Below are positions 1-8,585 of a stretch of 28,962 bases of DNA, one piece after another. Position numbers and translations under genes: made by a program. The notes under the pieces were generated by a model. The model had not been told where the DNA came from, did not search any database, and saw nothing but the letters and a program-made list of their open reading frames with translations. The stretch's first letter is position 1; each line of letters opens with the position of its first letter. The stretch is from an uncultured Candidatus Bathyarchaeia archaeon (lineage in GTDB: Archaea; Thermoproteota; Bathyarchaeia; 40CM-2-53-6; RBG-13-38-9). Location: contig CAZRDQ010000018.1 of the NCBI GenBank assembly GCA_964598945.1, positions 1 through 28,962 of the forward strand, read 5' to 3'.

Positions 1-186
1 GTCTGTGCGTCTATGTCTCTGGGCGTCTCATGTCCTGTTATGAGGTCCCTCACTGCCCCAAGTTCCTAAATGGTAGCATCGCCGCCTGGGCCCTTTCAGA
101 AAAAAGGTCAGGATAAGCAGTAATAGTCTGGTTTGGATATAACTGGGTCATCGTATGCTTGAGGTGCAGTTCAAGGAGTGAATCGA

Positions 187-1143
187 ATGAACTCAGTTGA
201 GGATATTCATAGAATGGCGGTAATAGGCTCGGGAGTTATGGGTCACGGAATAACTGAGATCTACGCTCTGAACGGCTACCCGATAACGATGATGGATGTT
301 AATGACGAATATCTGCAGAAGGGGATGAGACAGATCAGGGCGGAACTCAGAACGCTAGTCAATAATGAGTTCATTACTGAACGGGAATCTGAAGAAGCAT
401 TGAATCGGATATCAACCACGACGAGCATCAAGGACGCTGCTCAGGAATGTGACTTTGTCACAGAAGCTGTGACCGAGAACCTCAAGATGAAAAGAGAAGT
501 CTTTGCTCAATTAGAAAGCCACGCCTCTGATAATGCGATACTTGCGACTAACACGTCGGGCCTGATGATTACCAAGATAGCTCAAGGACTGAAGAGGCCT
601 GACAGGGTCATTGGAACCCATTTCTCCGTACCTCCCCACATCGTCCCGGGCGTAGAGATAATCAGGGGAAGGAAGACTTCTGACCGGACATACAGGATAT
701 CATACGACTTGATGAAGAAGATCGGCAAAGTACCTTTCGTCGTCAAGAAAGAGATAGATGGGTTCCTGCTCAATAGACTTCAACTTGCTCTTGGAAGAGA
801 AGCCTTCTACCTTGTTGAGAAAGGAGTTGCGACCATTGAGGATGTGGACATCTGCCTCAACAGTGTTCTAGGCCTAAGATGGGCGACAGTTGGAGTTTTC
901 CGCCAGATGGATTCAGCAGGAATAGATACTGCCTGCAAAGTTTGGAAGTACATACTTCCAAGCATATCAAATTCAAGAAGAATTCCCAAGGCCATGACTG
1001 AGAAGGTTGCGAAAGGTGAGCTGGGGATGAAAACCGGAGAAGGATTCTACGACTATACGAAATTCAAACCTGAAGACGTCACAATCGAAAGAGACATCGG
1101 ATTCTTGAAAACACTCAAGCTCATGAAGACACTCTGGAAATGA
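187..1143 (+). CDS. 3-hydroxyacyl-CoA dehydrogenase (NAD-dependent, HBD/FadB-like)
   Basis: N-terminal Rossmann motif MAVIGSGVMGHGI, followed by a 3HCDH-type C-terminal region. GGAG lies 8 nt before ATG 187, so 187 is preferred over the track's GTG 178. Confidence 0.85.
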   Translation: MNSVEDIHRMAVIGSGVMGHGITEIYALNGYPITMMDVNDEYLQKGMRQIRAELRTLVNNEFITERESEEALNRISTTTSIKDAAQECDFVTEAVTENLKMKREVFAQLESHASDNAILATNTSGLMITKIAQGLKRPDRVIGTHFSVPPHIVPGVEIIRGRKTSDRTYRISYDLMKKIGKVPFVVKKEIDGFLLNRLQLALGREAFYLVEKGVATIEDVDICLNSVLGLRWATVGVFRQMDSAGIDTACKVWKYILPSISNSRRIPKAMTEKVAKGELGMKTGEGFYDYTKFKPEDVTIERDIGFLKTLKLMKTLWK

Positions 1144-1215
1144 CAAAGTAGACGCTCCTTCCAATTCGGAGACTGTTCAACTAACGCGCAACTTCAATCA
1201 GACAGATTCGCGGCC

Positions 1216-1225
1216 ATTTAAATAT
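1216..1225 (+). promoter_or_regulatory. TATA-box-like element upstream of the ferredoxin-AOR operon
   Basis: ATTTAAATAT preceded by GC-rich CGCGGCC (BRE-like). It is the only AT-rich box in the 1144-1291 spacer. Confidence 0.35.
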
Positions 1226-1354
1226 TGAAAAGATCGTTCTACGATGTTGCCTTCAAAGTTGTCAAGGCGATAAGACACGGCCAAAAAGCAGATTCTCTAC
1301 GTTCCCAGATCTGAACTCGAAGGCCATTGTACGGGTTGCCGCCTGTGCGAACTC

Positions 1355-1834
1355 ATGTGTTCCCTCAAACACGTGAATGTGTTCAATCCTGACAGGGCAA
1401 GGATCGAAGTGGTCTCTTTTGACGGAGGCCTCGACATTCCCGCGACGTGCACCCAGTGTGGCTTGTGTCTGGACAAATGTCCACTTGGTCTGATCAAGCT
1501 CAACGAAAAGACTGGCGCCATAGTCATAGATGAGGAAAGATGCACAAGTTGCGGCGTCTGCCTTGAATGGTGCCCGAGCGGCGCCATAACAAGGGATCCT
1601 GCCACAGCCAAGGCCCTCAAGTGCGATCTCTGCGGCGGCTCTCCAGAATGTGTCAAGTACTGCCCAAGCAACGTCCTCCATCTAGTTGATACTTCAGGCA
1701 CCAAGGCCATAGATGCCAGAAGGACAGCTTTCGCGTCTGTACTAGCAAATGAAGAACTCCTGCTTAGAGGCCGTGGTGCGGGAGCGTCTGCCCTGCAGTT
1801 CACACAGAAGATCCTAGCCAAGGAGGAGAAGTAG
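1355..1834 (+). CDS. 4Fe-4S polyferredoxin-like electron-transfer subunit, partner of the downstream AOR
   Basis: Three cluster motifs lie inside the ORF: CTQCGLCLDKCP, CTSCGVCLEWCP and CDLCGGSPECVKYCP. A fourth (CTGCRLCELMC) is encoded in the same frame just upstream of ATG 1355. The stop abuts the AOR start (TAG-GTG). The true 5' end is probably upstream, since the frame is open from 1274, but no ATG/GTG/TTG is present there. Confidence 0.8.
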   Translation: MCSLKHVNVFNPDRARIEVVSFDGGLDIPATCTQCGLCLDKCPLGLIKLNEKTGAIVIDEERCTSCGVCLEWCPSGAITRDPATAKALKCDLCGGSPECVKYCPSNVLHLVDTSGTKAIDARRTAFASVLANEELLLRGRGAGASALQFTQKILAKEEK

Positions 1835-3766
1835 GTGGAGTTCAAAGGAGGTTACTCAGGCAGGATCCTCAGGATCGACCTGTCAAGAGAGAAACAGGTT
1901 GTTGAAGAGCTGGACCCCGAGTTCGCTAGGATGTTCATTGGCGGAAGGGGTTTCGGCTCCATCATACTCTACAGGGAACTGCAGCCGGGAATTGATCCGC
2001 TTGGCCCCGACAACATAGTGGTTGTTACTCCTGGCGCCCTCACCGGCACTGCAGCGCCCGCTGCAAGCAGGACAACGATAACCTTCAAGTCACCTCTGAG
2101 CTCGTTGCATGGGGACTCAACCTCATCCGGATTCTTCGGCGCCAACCTCAAACACTGTGGATGTGATTGCATGGTGATCTCAGGTAAAGCATCAAACCCC
2201 GTGTACATATCCATTCAAAACGAGAAGGCCGAGATCCGCGATGCCTCAAAGCTATGGGGCAGACTCACGAGCGATACCCACAAGATGCTCAGAGATGAAC
2301 TTGATACACCTGACCTCGCCACGGTCTCGATAGGTCCAGCGGGTGAGAAGCTCGTGCGTTACGCATCAGTGATGACCGACGGCGGTCTAGGAGCACATGC
2401 AAGATGTGGCGGCGGAGCAGTCTTCGGCTCCAAGAACCTGAAAGCTATTGCAGCAAGAGGCAGCAAGGACATTCGAATAGCGGACATCCAAGGTTTCAAA
2501 CAAGCATTCCAAGATTACCTAGATGTCATATCAGTGGACCCCTATGTGCCTCCGGCCAAGAAGTACGGCACCCCGCGCTTCATCTATCATAGAGCAAAGT
2601 TTGGAATCCATGGGGCTGAGAACTGGAGATACGGACCTTACGAGTGGAGCGGGGTCGATCCCGACCTGCTCAGGAATGAGTACGCAATAAAGGCGGTATC
2701 CTGCCCGAACTGCCCTGTGATGTGCAGACGAGAGTTCAAGGTGAACTCCGGCAAGTATGCTGGCACCATCGCAAAGATGGAATGGGAATCGATCGCCAGA
2801 GCAATAACCTGCGGCGTGACCGATGCAGAATCGGTAATCTACCAGACCAAGCTCAACAACATGTACGGTCTGGACGCTGAGAGTACAGGAGACACGATAG
2901 CGTTCGCTATGGAGTGCTATGAGAAAGGTCTGCTCACAAATGAGGACACTGGCGGTCTGGAGCTCAGATTCAGAGATCCTAACGCCATGATCGAGCTGAC
3001 AAGCAGAATAGCCTTGAGAGAAGATATCGGTGACCTGTTGGCAGAAGGTACCCGCAGAGCCGCCTCGAAGATCGGTAAGGGTTCTGAGAGATTTGCTATG
3101 CAGATTAAGGGTGTAGAGATGAGTGCCGGAGATCCGAGAGGTATGCCGGTTAGGGCTGTTTCATACGCGACTGGAACAAGGGGGGCTGACCACCTCAGGT
3201 CAAATCCATACATAGAAGAGATATCTACGCCAGCCGAGGCCAAGCAATGGTTCGGCAGCGAAGAGGCCGCTGACATAAAGAACGGAGTGCAGGGCAAAGG
3301 CAGACTCGTCAAGTGGAGCGAAGACTTCGTTACCGTAGGGGATCTGTTGGGACTCTGCAAGTTCGCGTATTATCGCTCAGCGACCTTCGAGCACCTGCGG
3401 AAGAAAGGCGTAGAGATAGCAGCTAAGCTGTACAACGCAATAACAGGATCGAGTCTCGGGAGTGGCGACATGATTATTGCGGGCGAACGGGTATTCAATG
3501 TCGAGAAAGCATTCAACACAAGAGAGGGAGCCTCAAGAAGGGAAGATACAATACCAATTAGGTTCTTTGAGGAGCCTCTACTGGGAGGAGGACCGAGTGG
3601 CGGCGCTGTTGTGGACCGAGACAAGTTCGAAAGGATTCTCGATGAGTACTACAATGCGCGGGGATGGCTTGTGGACGCAGGCCTGCCAAGGCTTGAGAAG
3701 CTGGAGTCCTTAGGCCTACAGGAGATCGCCCGAGATCTCTCACGATGTGGGCTGGTGAAGGATTAA
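1835..3766 (+). CDS. aor: Aldehyde:ferredoxin oxidoreductase family enzyme (tungstopterin, AOR/WOR type)
   Basis: 643 aa with the typical AOR N-terminus GGYSGRILRIDLS...GGRGFG and AOR-family motifs through the length. GGAGG lies 8 nt upstream of GTG 1835. Confidence 0.92.
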   Translation: MEFKGGYSGRILRIDLSREKQVVEELDPEFARMFIGGRGFGSIILYRELQPGIDPLGPDNIVVVTPGALTGTAAPAASRTTITFKSPLSSLHGDSTSSGFFGANLKHCGCDCMVISGKASNPVYISIQNEKAEIRDASKLWGRLTSDTHKMLRDELDTPDLATVSIGPAGEKLVRYASVMTDGGLGAHARCGGGAVFGSKNLKAIAARGSKDIRIADIQGFKQAFQDYLDVISVDPYVPPAKKYGTPRFIYHRAKFGIHGAENWRYGPYEWSGVDPDLLRNEYAIKAVSCPNCPVMCRREFKVNSGKYAGTIAKMEWESIARAITCGVTDAESVIYQTKLNNMYGLDAESTGDTIAFAMECYEKGLLTNEDTGGLELRFRDPNAMIELTSRIALREDIGDLLAEGTRRAASKIGKGSERFAMQIKGVEMSAGDPRGMPVRAVSYATGTRGADHLRSNPYIEEISTPAEAKQWFGSEEAADIKNGVQGKGRLVKWSEDFVTVGDLLGLCKFAYYRSATFEHLRKKGVEIAAKLYNAITGSSLGSGDMIIAGERVFNVEKAFNTREGASRREDTIPIRFFEEPLLGGGPSGGAVVDRDKFERILDEYYNARGWLVDAGLPRLEKLESLGLQEIARDLSRCGLVKD

Positions 3767-4152
3767 GCCCGGCCGGCAGCCGCATCTCTCTCTCTGATTA
3801 CTTCGATTAGCGTGTTTATGCTGTAGAGTAGACTCAGGGCCCCGCCGGGGAAGAAAGCACATTTGAGAGCCTCAAGGATCTCGTCCCTCCTCGCACCTTT
3901 TTCAAGAGCTCTTCTCATATGATTCTTCATTGCCGAGCTGTCTCCCGGGTTGCGTGCTGCGATCGCCGCGATGAAGAACAGCTCTTTTATCTTCTCCGGA
4001 AATATCCTCGTCTTGAGCATGGCTAGTTCGTATAGCTTGTCGTAGGTCTCCAGGAACTCGGGGTCGTCCTCTGCGAGCACCCTGTATGATGGATATATGT
4101 AGCCTCTTTTCTTCATCATTTCCTCCAGGAGTCTTTTGGATCTTTCGCTCAT
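3763..4152 (-). CDS. Carboxymuconolactone decarboxylase (AhpD-like) family protein
   Basis: About 130 aa, all-helical, CMD-like sequence (...PEFLETYDKLYELAM...ELFFIAAIAARN...). The start is taken at MSERSK (4152) rather than the track's 4170. Its stop overlaps the AOR stop in a TTAA. Confidence 0.65.
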   Translation of the reverse strand: MSERSKRLLEEMMKKRGYIYPSYRVLAEDDPEFLETYDKLYELAMLKTRIFPEKIKELFFIAAIAARNPGDSSAMKNHMRRALEKGARRDEILEALKCAFFPGGALSLLYSINTLIEVIRERDAAAGRA

Positions 4153-4254
4153 TTGAGCATCGCCAAACAAGAGAAATCGAGCAATAGCGATTTAACAATA
4201 TCTGGATAGGGTGTAGTGTCCCCTCTTCATTCTTGAGAATCATGACCTCCGGTA

Positions 4255-4275
4255 CTAGAAGAAAGAAAAAAGGGA
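4255..4275 (-). terminator. T-rich tract downstream of the surface-protein gene (archaeal-type terminator candidate)
   Basis: The minus strand reads CCCTTTTTTCTTTCTTC, 10-30 nt after the stop at 4287. Confidence 0.3.
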
Positions 4276-4286
4276 GAAAGGAGGTT

Positions 4287-6605
4287 TTAGTGAAGGAGTC
4301 TCTGGGTCTGCGTCACTGTAGCCTTCGTCGCAAGAGCCACAGTCGACAGGACGAATGCAGCTGTCGCAAACATCATCAGTGGAGATACCGCCGTGAGTTC
4401 CGCGACGCCTATCGTGGCTATGCTTGCAACCCATGCTACAGCCAAGGGCTTACCTATCGGACGGATGCTTATCCTCTTTCTTCTTGCCAGTTCTGCAGCA
4501 AGCAGAGCTATCGGAGCGAAGTAGACTACACCGATTAGGCTGCTGGCCACCAGACCAGCCGCTACCACTGCCAGCTCAGGAGCGAAGCTCAGCGTTGAGT
4601 ACACCCACTGCGCTAGGTACAGTGAACCGATCAATGGGTAGAGAGCTGCTTTCACCACATTTCTCAGCAGCAGGTTACCCTTCACCTGCTCGGCAACGGT
4701 TGGACTGAACGAGTAGTACCAAGCATTGAAGACGTTCATGAACTGGTTCCCAGCGAATGTCGTCTGGACCGAGCGGTCTCTGAAGAGTCTAAGGAAGTAG
4801 ACCTCAGGAGCCATTTCTGAGCCGTATGTGGCCGTCGCTATGATGCATATGCCGGCTGTTGGCGATATGGTCAAGGTGGCGGTTGTTATTCGCGTCTTTG
4901 CTCCACTGGTTCCCGTAACTGTCATAGTTCCGGTTCCTGCAGGAGCTGTCGCGGCTGTAGTGACGGTCAGCGTCGCTGTGGTAAGGCCGTTCGGCGGAGG
5001 TGTCACTGAAGCGGGACTGATCGAGCCGCTTGCACCAGAGGCGGGCGGCAGTGTCACAGTCAACGTCACTGGAGAGTTGAACGAGTTCACTGAGAAGACC
5101 GTTATTGTGAAGGCCTTGGATGAGCCGTTTCGAACTGTGGCTGAAGTCGGAGAGATTGATAGTGTGAAGTCCGGCGCAGCTATGATGATCAGGGTGACAT
5201 TCGTTGTGTGACTCTGTGTTCCAGATGTTCCATTGATGAGAAGGTTATAGGTCCCGACTGGCGAGGTCGAGGATATGGCTAGGCTTAGCGTTGATGAGTT
5301 GGAGCTTGCTGGAGGTATCAGCACGGAGGAGGAACTAAAAGTCGCAGTCACGCCCGATGGCAATCCTGTGACTGCCAGCGACACAAGGGCTGAGTAGTCA
5401 TCTGACGAGGTCGCTGTGACCGTATATGTCGCTGTGGAATTCTGCTCCGCAGTTCTTGATGCTGGTGTGGTGTCGATGCTAAAGTCACCGACGCGGATGC
5501 CAATGGATTGTGAACTCTGAAGCAAGCCACTTGTGCCTCGCAAAGTCAGGTAGTACGTTCCTTCAGACAAGGAGGACAGTGTCGAGATCTCAAGGTTTGA
5601 AGATCCTAGTCCGCCAGGCGGAGGCAAGACGGACGCTGGATTGAAGATTGCTGTCATGCCAGCCGGTACGTTGCTTGCCGTCATGGTCACGGTTGAACTG
5701 AATGTACCCACTGACTGAACGCCTATACCGACTGCGGTGCTCTTTCCTCGAATGACTGACTTGAACATGGGTGCCGAGATGTAGAAGCCGCTGACTCTAA
5801 CGGTTATGGCCCACGTGTGAACTCGTTGTGGCTCTCCATACGTGGCGAGGCTCGCCGAGCCGGTGATGACGACTGTGTAGTTTCCGGCAGGCGTTAATTC
5901 CGTTGTGGTTACTTGGAGACTTGAGGTGTTGGTAAGATATCCCTGGACGTTCAATATGAACGGATCAAAGATGGCCGTTATTTCGCTCGGGCTACTTGCC
6001 GCGGTCAGAAGGGATACTTGGTAGATGCCTGGTGTTGTCCTGAAGCTCATTACATTGATCTGGAGGCTTCCCGTGCCGCCAGGCACTACGTCAATCACGG
6101 TGCCCGGGGTGCTGGAGAGTCTAAAATCCCCAATGGCAGGCTCATTAACGATCACTGCAAGCCCGACATTAGCGTAGCTGCTCCAACCAGGGATACTCGA
6201 CTCTGAGGTTGCCCAGCCAGTGATCTTTATGGTGTACATGCCTACAGGAACATCCGCGGGAGAGCCGACGGTAGCCATCACGTAAGTAAAGGCTTGGCCA
6301 TCCTTTGGAACGTTTACGGTGCTTCCGGCTGGAAAGTTTAGAGATATTTTGGTGCTTGGTCCGGATACCGTGGCGTTCAGCTTCACAAGACCATTGAATC
6401 CCTCGACGGATTGAACAAGTACCGAGTACCAAGCGAACTGATTGACTGTATAGTCTACCGACTGTGAGGGCGGGCTTACCACTACATTGAATCCTGTGAC
6501 TGCGCTGACCTTGGGGAGCAGGCAGTCATCCTGTAACAGTGAACCCACCGTGAGCGACACCAAAATCGATATCAGGAGTAGCGACATGAGTTCCCGTTGT
6601 TTCAT
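4287..6605 (-). CDS. Large secreted/cell-surface protein with repeated Ig-like S/T-rich domains and a multi-pass C-terminal membrane anchor
   Basis: Signal-like N-terminus MKQRELMSLLLISILVSLTVGSLL. At least four repeats of about 95-100 aa of the type ...PSGVTATFSSSSVLIPPASSNSSTLSLAISSTSPVGTYNLLINGTSG.... Many N-x-S/T sequons. Then the module CIIATATYGSEMAPEVYFLRLFRD and about four hydrophobic helices. GGAGG lies 8 nt upstream of the ATG. Confidence 0.8.
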   Translation of the reverse strand: MKQRELMSLLLISILVSLTVGSLLQDDCLLPKVSAVTGFNVVVSPPSQSVDYTVNQFAWYSVLVQSVEGFNGLVKLNATVSGPSTKISLNFPAGSTVNVPKDGQAFTYVMATVGSPADVPVGMYTIKITGWATSESSIPGWSSYANVGLAVIVNEPAIGDFRLSSTPGTVIDVVPGGTGSLQINVMSFRTTPGIYQVSLLTAASSPSEITAIFDPFILNVQGYLTNTSSLQVTTTELTPAGNYTVVITGSASLATYGEPQRVHTWAITVRVSGFYISAPMFKSVIRGKSTAVGIGVQSVGTFSSTVTMTASNVPAGMTAIFNPASVLPPPGGLGSSNLEISTLSSLSEGTYYLTLRGTSGLLQSSQSIGIRVGDFSIDTTPASRTAEQNSTATYTVTATSSDDYSALVSLAVTGLPSGVTATFSSSSVLIPPASSNSSTLSLAISSTSPVGTYNLLINGTSGTQSHTTNVTLIIIAAPDFTLSISPTSATVRNGSSKAFTITVFSVNSFNSPVTLTVTLPPASGASGSISPASVTPPPNGLTTATLTVTTAATAPAGTGTMTVTGTSGAKTRITTATLTISPTAGICIIATATYGSEMAPEVYFLRLFRDRSVQTTFAGNQFMNVFNAWYYSFSPTVAEQVKGNLLLRNVVKAALYPLIGSLYLAQWVYSTLSFAPELAVVAAGLVASSLIGVVYFAPIALLAAELARRKRISIRPIGKPLAVAWVASIATIGVAELTAVSPLMMFATAAFVLSTVALATKATVTQTQRLLH

Positions 6606-6761
6606 CTAGTTTTCCTCCTTATGACGTTCAAGGTATTCAGATATAGCGATTTCGAGTTCTTGGCTCTGTTTCTTTGTTGTTCCATGTTTTTTTATCACTT
6701 GTCCGAGGAATTTCTTCCAGAGTTTGTCGTCTATCTGCATAGTTGTTTTATGCTTTGGCAT
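6606..6761 (-). CDS. Small ribbon-helix-helix (CopG/Arc-like) DNA-binding protein candidate, 51 aa, absent from the ORF track
   Basis: Manual translation gives MPKHKTTMQIDDKLWKKFLGQVIKKHGTTKKQSQELEIAISEYLERHKEEN. This has a beta-strand / helix / helix RHH pattern. Its TAG stop is immediately followed by the ATG of the surface-protein gene. Confidence 0.5.
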   Translation of the reverse strand: MPKHKTTMQIDDKLWKKFLGQVIKKHGTTKKQSQELEIAISEYLERHKEEN

Positions 6762-6799
6762 CAGGATTTTTCCCCGTAATGGCGTAAAGTCATCGAACC

Positions 6800-6807
6800 A
6801 TATTTAA
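6800..6807 (-). promoter_or_regulatory. TATA-like box upstream of the RHH ORF
   Basis: The minus strand reads TTAAATAT, about 38 nt upstream of ATG 6761. Confidence 0.3.
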
Positions 6808-7063
6808 TCCTTCCTAGACATTTTTTGTTAATCGGTCACTACAAAATGAAAAACAACAGATAGACCCAAATAGGAGGCCGTTGGAGAGAAATTCTCCGAT
6901 ATCGATGTTACTAGGGTTGTAATCCTCATTTCTGACTCTTGCTTGGCTTCATTCCCTAGCGAGCATCAGTCCTCAGTGTGTACAATTCTGTACTCGAAAG
7001 CTTAAAATAGAGTACGCATAACCATGATTGTCCTAACTCATCAGGCACACGACCAACATAGCC

Positions 7064-7756
7064 GTGAGCATCACATTGACACCGAAAACCCATCCGCCCA
7101 TGCTGGACATCGGATGTCTTAGACCGCATGAGCAGATAGATCCCATCAGGCTGGAAGAACTGAAGAGACAACTTGCAACTGACGGCTACCAGAAAGACCC
7201 AATAATAGTAGATGAAAAATACCTGATAGTCATAGATGGACATCACAGGATCCTCGCTCTGAAAGCTCTCGGATACTCCAAGGTTGTCGCACACAGGATC
7301 AAGTACCTCGATGACGACAGGATCATTCTAAAGACATGGCATCCAGTGGTCAAAGGACCAAGAACGAAACTCCTCAACGCACTCTACCCTTACCTCGAAG
7401 CCGCAGAGGGGCGAACTGACACCCTGGAAGAACCCAAACTTTTGCTCAACGATGCCCAATACGGTCTGAGAGCCTCCAGGGGCACTATAATGGATTGCCT
7501 ATTGGGAAGATTCAAGATGGAATACGCCCCAGACCTGGAGATCGCCAAGAGACTCGTCGAGAACGGGGAGTACGCTGGAGCGATAATATTCGAGGCAATC
7601 GGCAAAGAAGAGGTTGTGAGAGCTGCCCTATCCGGAACAGTACTGCCCCCCAAGACCACCCAACATATAGTCCCAGAAAAGCCTGTGGACTGGTTCATAC
7701 CCCTTGAGACTCTGAATAATGGTGTGCAGCTGGAGCCCTCGATAAAGAGAGAATAG
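7064..7756 (+). CDS. ParB/sulfiredoxin-fold (ParB N-terminal-like) protein, possibly a free-serine kinase (SerK)-like enzyme
   Basis: LRPHEQIDPIRLEELK...LIVIDGHHRILALKALG is the ParB/Srx signature. The size of about 230 aa and the C-terminal PPKTTQH motif resemble what I recall of Thermococcus SerK. The start is uncertain (GTG 7064 or ATG 7099). Confidence 0.6.
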   Translation: MSITLTPKTHPPMLDIGCLRPHEQIDPIRLEELKRQLATDGYQKDPIIVDEKYLIVIDGHHRILALKALGYSKVVAHRIKYLDDDRIILKTWHPVVKGPRTKLLNALYPYLEAAEGRTDTLEEPKLLLNDAQYGLRASRGTIMDCLLGRFKMEYAPDLEIAKRLVENGEYAGAIIFEAIGKEEVVRAALSGTVLPPKTTQHIVPEKPVDWFIPLETLNNGVQLEPSIKRE

Positions 7757-7790
7757 AAGGGATCGGTCAGGACTTTCGTCAAGCAACAAC

Positions 7791-8585
7791 CTAGAGCGGC
7801 GATCCACCGAAGAACTCACTTATCTTTCTTGTCTTTCTCTCCTGAAGAACTTGAGCACATTTTTGCGGAGTCAACCTTCTAAACTCCAGGCCAAGGGTAG
7901 CAAGTATTCCTTGGGCACCTGATCTTAGACTTGGCGCGGCCACTATCCCCCTGACATGAAGCCCGGTCGCCTTGTTCACCGCGTCAACATAGCGTTTCAA
8001 CTGAAGGATCGCATCTTTTCCTGCCGAGGTCCGCTTCAACTCAACGACCACAACCCGTCCATTCGCATCCCTTCCATAGAAGTCAATAAAGCCGGGCTCA
8101 ACCTTCCTCTCGAATTCAACAAGCCGCAGACCGCCCTCCAAGAGTCCGGGGTCTGACACCAGAGCATCCCTCATCTGCTCTTCGCTCACGTACAGGCTGA
8201 ACTCTGCCTGGTCGATGGGCCTGAATGATGCAATAAACATCACAGCATCGAAGAACAGATCCAGAGTCTCTCGCGGCTTTGAACGATAGGCCCTAATTCT
8301 GAGCATACCATCCAATGATACGGATAGAGTACAACCTGGCGGTTGCCAGTTGACCGGCTCGTAACCCGTGGGCCTATGGACTTGGACCGATCCATCCCCC
8401 TTTATTATCACAGCCCTCTCACCCGACTCCAGAGATGAGGATGCTCTTCCGGAATAGCGACATTGACACGTCCCCACTACTATGACGAAATCCCTCCTGC
8501 GCAGGGAGTCTTGCAGAAGAGCTGCCGCCTCTGTTAGCTCAGGTCTTCTCAGAAGTGAAAAGTCTGAGATCGCTATCTTGGGCAT
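7791..8585 (-). CDS. nucS: Endonuclease NucS / EndoMS
   Basis: N-terminal domain ...GERAVIIKGDGSVQVHRPTGYEPVNWQPPG.... RecB-like nuclease core DFYGRDANGRVVVVELKR. PIP-like tail KISEFF. ATG 8585 (MPKIAISDF) is preferred because a TATA-like box lies about 35 nt upstream; the track's 8678 start would run through the promoter. Confidence 0.85.
   Translation of the reverse strand: MPKIAISDFSLLRRPELTEAAALLQDSLRRRDFVIVVGTCQCRYSGRASSSLESGERAVIIKGDGSVQVHRPTGYEPVNWQPPGCTLSVSLDGMLRIRAYRSKPRETLDLFFDAVMFIASFRPIDQAEFSLYVSEEQMRDALVSDPGLLEGGLRLVEFERKVEPGFIDFYGRDANGRVVVVELKRTSAGKDAILQLKRYVDAVNKATGLHVRGIVAAPSLRSGAQGILATLGLEFRRLTPQKCAQVLQERKTRKISEFFGGSPL

Noticed and set aside
1262-1845. Two long minus-strand ORFs (139 and 182 aa) opposite the ferredoxin gene.
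   Set aside because: They are antisense shadows of a gene with clear Fe-S motifs. Their composition is low-complexity and Ala/Ser/Arg-rich, and no motif is recognisable.
6597-6779. A 60-aa + strand ORF upstream of the surface-protein gene.
   Set aside because: It is the mirror image of the better-supported minus-strand RHH-like ORF, and its sequence is hydrophobic and Phe-rich with no signal.
7024-7122. A His-rich 32-aa ORF starting about 20 nt after a TATA-like CTTAAAATAG, overlapping the 5' end of the ParB-like gene in another frame.
   Set aside because: It is very short, has no conservation evidence, and overlaps a supported gene. It was noted only because of its promoter spacing.
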